Position numbers and translations under genes: made by a program. The notes beneath the pieces were generated by a model that was given only the letters and a program-made list of their open reading frames with translations, was not told where the DNA came from and ran no database searches. Of a DNA stretch of 64,000 nucleotides, positions 59,571 through 64,000 are shown in pieces (the stretch's first letter is position 1; each line of letters opens with the position of its first letter). The DNA is from Takakia lepidozioides (taxonomy: Eukaryota > Plantae > Bryophyta). The stretch is from contig CM060734.1 of assembly GCA_030704615.1 (NCBI GenBank), positions 60,016,001-60,080,000 of the forward strand, written 5' to 3'.

Positions 59571-61369
59571 AATATCCTAATTCTTATTTGGCAAAAATCC
59601 ATTTAGAGAATTCCTGGGTGTTGTCACGCTGGAGAAGCAAAGCGATCACGTTTGTTATGATCGCCCTCCTACTTCCTCTTCAATCCTCCTTGCACACCGT
59701 CCGAGAGAATCTGACAGGAATGTCTAGACATCTATTTCGAAGCTGGGATAATCTGCGATAGACCTCATTCCCCTTTACCCTCGTTCTCTCGCCCCAGATG
59801 TAATCCTGAGACCAATCTGTGTGCAGGGCATTGCTCTGTTGATCAGCTCATAAGTCTCATGTGTTGACAGAGGAGCTACGGATAAGCTATCTACAGTCAA
59901 TCATGGTCTTCGTCGCCAAAAGTCTTGTAACAAAGAGAAAGCATATATGCGGTGATTCCCGCCGATTCTGTCTATCACTCTTTAGGTATCTAATTGCTCA
60001 AGCCATGAATGCACGTAAGGTCATCAATGAGGCCTTCGTTACCATGGATAAGAGGAACCGAAAATTCCCGTGGCTCTCTGCTGCCAGAAGATTTTTCACT
60101 GGGAGAGACCAACGTGACCAGGTGACCTGCGTTGCAATCTGGCGCTATCGAAGAAAATTTCGCCGCTTTGCCAGGATGAGAATTCCCGGCGGTATTTCCT
60201 TAGTGAGTCCAGACTTCAGTGTCCTTATTTCTCTCTCTGCAAACTCGATGAGCTCATGACCTATCGTCCATCTGTTTCTGCCTATGTGGAAACCATCTCA
60301 ACTCTGAAAACATGAGAGCAGATCCGTGTGACCAGCGGTGTTGCTACTTGCGGTTAAAACAATGAGCGTTCTCAACCTCTACTTTGAGCTCCTCAGTGCA
60401 CTCTATAATCTGCACATGAGATGGCAATCAATTAATGCTCAAGACATGTGCATTCATAGGGAGAGGGACATTTTATGGGAGATGTCCAGAAAAAAAAACC
60501 TGGCATCCGGTGTGAGCTTCCAAATGACGGCGTACGACCATTGCAAAGACTGCATCAGAGCTAGCACACACTGCTCCAAATGCGCGTCCCCTGCATCCGT
60601 GATCTCTACCGAACTGCCAGACCTTTCCCCCATTGAGGGCCGGGAGATTGTCTGCTTGCCTCCGTCGACACCTCGATGAAGAAAGGGCATACTTCAATTA
60701 AACACTTAAATCCGGGCCTCGCCTCTCTTTGCCGAAAGCTCCTCAACACTCAAAAGACGTTGTTTGCCGTAGCCTTGACGCAAAATCCGAAAGAGAGAGA
60801 ACAGACGGGGAGAATGACAGATGAAATCGAGGAACTTCGCGACTCTACAGAATCTGGACAGACACAATAACTTCGCTCTCATGCTGGCCTCTTTATCTGC
60901 GAGCATTAATTAGGTCTGATCTGCAACTCAGCTGCCCTCGAATGAAAAGGGAGTCCACTGCTCAATGTCGCAATGGCTCCACACTCTTCAGTGAAGAAGG
61001 TCCCAGACAGAGCGAAAGGGAAGACAAACATTTCAAGCGCGTGATGCGAAGTCTTCGGTGGAATGGAGCCGCATTACCACGGTCGGCGGATGTGCCCTCG
61101 CCGGGATTCTTTTCCATCACGTGACCAATACGCATGCGAGCTACACGAGAAGATGGAACACCTGGAAGTGTCGTCCTCGTAGGGCACGGTAGTCTTGTTC
61201 ACATTGGGTGCTCCACGTTGAGTTTGCCCTTTCAACTCCATGTCCACCATACGTTGCATTTCCAGCCTCTTGTGAATCGCGTCTCCCACGGAAACCAGGT
61301 CTTGTCGAACTGCGCATTGCAAAACAAGCACGCAAAAAAAACGGTTAGGAGACAGGCCCAGCAAATATC

Positions 61370-63776
61370 ACATCAGATATGACATCGTCGAAAATTGTAG
61401 CAACAGAAATTCGAGAGGTCTTACCGGACCCGCCCCATTCGGACGGGGATCGACAAACGTTTGATGGAGGTAGAGATCGATATAATGGGTGCAAAAGTAT
61501 CCACATTCCCAATCCGAAGGCTGTTGGGGGCACAGGAGGCCGTGACCACCGGGCTTTGGATGTTGTCCAGGTCCATTCAGACGATGGAGGAAACATGCCG
61601 CATAGCACGACCCACAATTTACCAACATGACGGTGTGGGCGTTGATCCTTATATGAGCTCCGGTCCGAGTTCAAGTGCAGGAACCTATGAGCCTCCATAA
61701 TAATCACACTCCAGTGGAAACTACAGAACAACCCGCAATATGTGAGCCCGATAAAAAAAAAAAAAAATCTCATGTATGTTGAGACGTACACATGGTAAAT
61801 GAAAGTGACTAGGAATGAATATGCAAGGCTGGAAACAACAAATGGAGGTAAAAAAAAAATTTACCCATAAAATACGGGTACAATAAGAGCGTGGATACCA
61901 GAAACTGTCATCTCCCGAAAACGAGACTCATTCCACGTTTTAATGGATTGAGGTGTGCAACCATGCTTCGCACAATGCTCTCGAAGTGAATTCCAAGTAT
62001 ACGAATGCAAAGCTAAATATTTACACGTAACATGTTGGGGAAGAGATAGGCCATTGCATGTAATCCAAAAATCTATCATCCCATCACTATTCCAACCCTT
62101 GGGATTTTGAAGATTATCCATGTCTTCGAGGCGCAAGGGCACCTGCTTGGCTGGCACTTTTGTGAAGAACCACGCATCCGTGTTGCGGTTTCCGCCTTGT
62201 CCATGTCGCCTCCTGATAAACAAATCACTCGAACTGCGTGAATGTTAAATGTTTTGGAGCAGTCACGCATTGAATTGACTGATATGGAAAAGAAAAAACA
62301 TACTATCGGACCTTTTTTAATTCAGACCCTGATATGGTATGTAAAGGTTTGCATTTCAATACCCTGAAGTGGCTGGTATTAAGAAAAAAAACACTGACAT
62401 CCGAGATGTACACGAATTAAAAAAAAAATGGGAACCAGGACACGGTAAGTTGTTGGCGTCCTATGCGGCGTTGTAAATGGATATACCCCCCCCCCCAAAA
62501 AAAAGAGGGTTTGATTGCGTTGTCGAGCTCACAGTACGTCATCCATGGCGGACATACAACATGGACAAGAGGATTAGTTTGCAAGGTGAATGGTTGTCGT
62601 CACGACAATTGTTGGCACATCACAAATTGCACTGTCGGGTCACAAGTGAACAACTACCTGCTACATGGTGGTTCCGGTTCTTGCCCTTGACTCTTCTCAA
62701 TGTGGATGCTTTGCGCATCCTCCAATGCCAATTGAGAGCCTTCTTCGGGCAATGAAAGATTCAGGAAGGGTAACGGTGCCGGCCCAAGATGTGGAAGGCT
62801 TCCGTCCCCGTCAAATCGCTTCTTGGCCAACCTGTTGGATGGTTGCTTCAAAACCTGCGCGAGCACTTCTTCTCGCACCACATGCGCATGTGCAGTAGAA
62901 TCTGCAGTGGGGGAGTGGAGTTGTTTAAGTACAATGGCTGGAGAGGGGTTCGAATTGTGGCGAGTCGGACGTCGCTGCTTTTCAACCACCGTCGTCACGT
63001 ACTGTGCGTCACGAAAAGCATGTGGTTGTTCTTCTTCTGCAGCAGGTGGATCGGCCTGGACAGTGCGATCCTCTCGCTGCCCCATATCGTCGAGCCCATC
63101 CACATATGCAGGTTGTACAGCGCTAAATGACAGATGGTCCCCTTCGCACACATTATTCCACAATGCCCGCAGGCTGTTCCGAGCAAGAATTGTGGATTCG
63201 CGTATGGAAGCATTCATGAACGTGTAATATTGATCACCTGCACGGCCGTAGTGCAACGTTGAGAATGACGAACATAAATCGCATGAAGAGCAAAGGATGG
63301 TGCCCAAGAAAAAGGAAACGGAGGAAAGAATAAGGTGGACGGAGCGTACCAGGCATCCAACCGATCCATAAATCCTCCCGCTGCTTGAGGCATTTACGAA
63401 ATTGATCCAGGGCCGCTTCTCTGGCATCACGGTTTGTTGTGGTCCCACACCACAGCGTATGAAAATGTTCGGGAAACGCAATTGCCATGTCCCCAACTGT
63501 TCTTATTCTTATGGGAGAAACATTCGCGTGTATTTTCTCCGATGCATACTTGCGTTGGGCCGGACTGTTTCTTGTGAGAACATTGACGATTTCGTCCAGC
63601 TCAGACTTGGCATGAATGGGGTCTGGCATATTGCCAAACACAAAAGACCCCAAACTGAGCAGCGTGGTAGCACATGCTCGGACAACTCTACGTCCATATA
63701 CAGATCCGGATAGTATTTTAAGCATGTTTGTCATCGGGTTATGAAAAATGGTGGAAACAGGCAAGTTCATGTCCAA
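61370..63776 (-). CDS. Spliced Ulp1/C48 SUMO-protease-like gene, probably transposon-borne; one apparent frameshift
   Basis: LQNPKGWNSDGMIDFW..LIVPVFYG (62223-61864), then HWSVII..FLHLNS..VPQQPSDWECGYF (61725-61370). Frame change at the G5 run near 61526-61530. Upstream exons at 63776-62530 are of unknown function. Confidence 0.7.
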
Positions 63777-64000
63777 CGGGACAAGGGTACATTACCATGA
63801 GAGCAGTAAGGGGTAGTGTAGTAACCGTGAGCCGTGAACCACAATATCACACAGTCACGATAGCATCGGCTTTAACCATTAGAGGGAGTAGTGGACCGTT
63901 TACCACTATGGCTCACGACCACTACAACGAGCCACTTTTTAGCAAACCTTTTAGGTTGCGTAGGCAGTTAGGCAAACGGTCATTAACGACCGGAGGCTGT

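Overview
Eukaryotic plant nuclear DNA with short GT-AG introns and many PLS/DYW PPR sequences. A non-seed land plant such as a hornwort is my inference, not something the sequence proves. Only two genes look intact: a 5'-incomplete 10-exon coiled-coil gene (153-12428) and an intronless SMO2-type sterol methyl oxidase (45167-45997). An Aurora kinase gene (34077-36673) has splice-site lesions. The rest is nested transposons and gene relics. Main hidden structures: (1) two head-to-tail Helentron/Helitron2-like elements (19481-26081 and 26083-33631) with shared hairpin/subterminal-IR ends but different captured cargo: a whole intron-containing SEC-C gene, the 3' exons of CDC20, receptor-kinase exons and scrambled PPR-DYW RNA-editing-factor pieces; (2) two copies of a 260-350 bp TRIM whose LTR contains a tRNA cloverleaf with Pol III boxes (6624-6973, 18827-19086); (3) a TA-flanked TIR pair (14542/33664) that brackets a 19 kb nest; (4) a TTAA-flanked piggyBac-like element, a hAT MITE, three tRNA-type SINEs, two RTEX-like LINE families, L1 relics, and an Ulp1-protease gene probably carried by a transposon at the right end.
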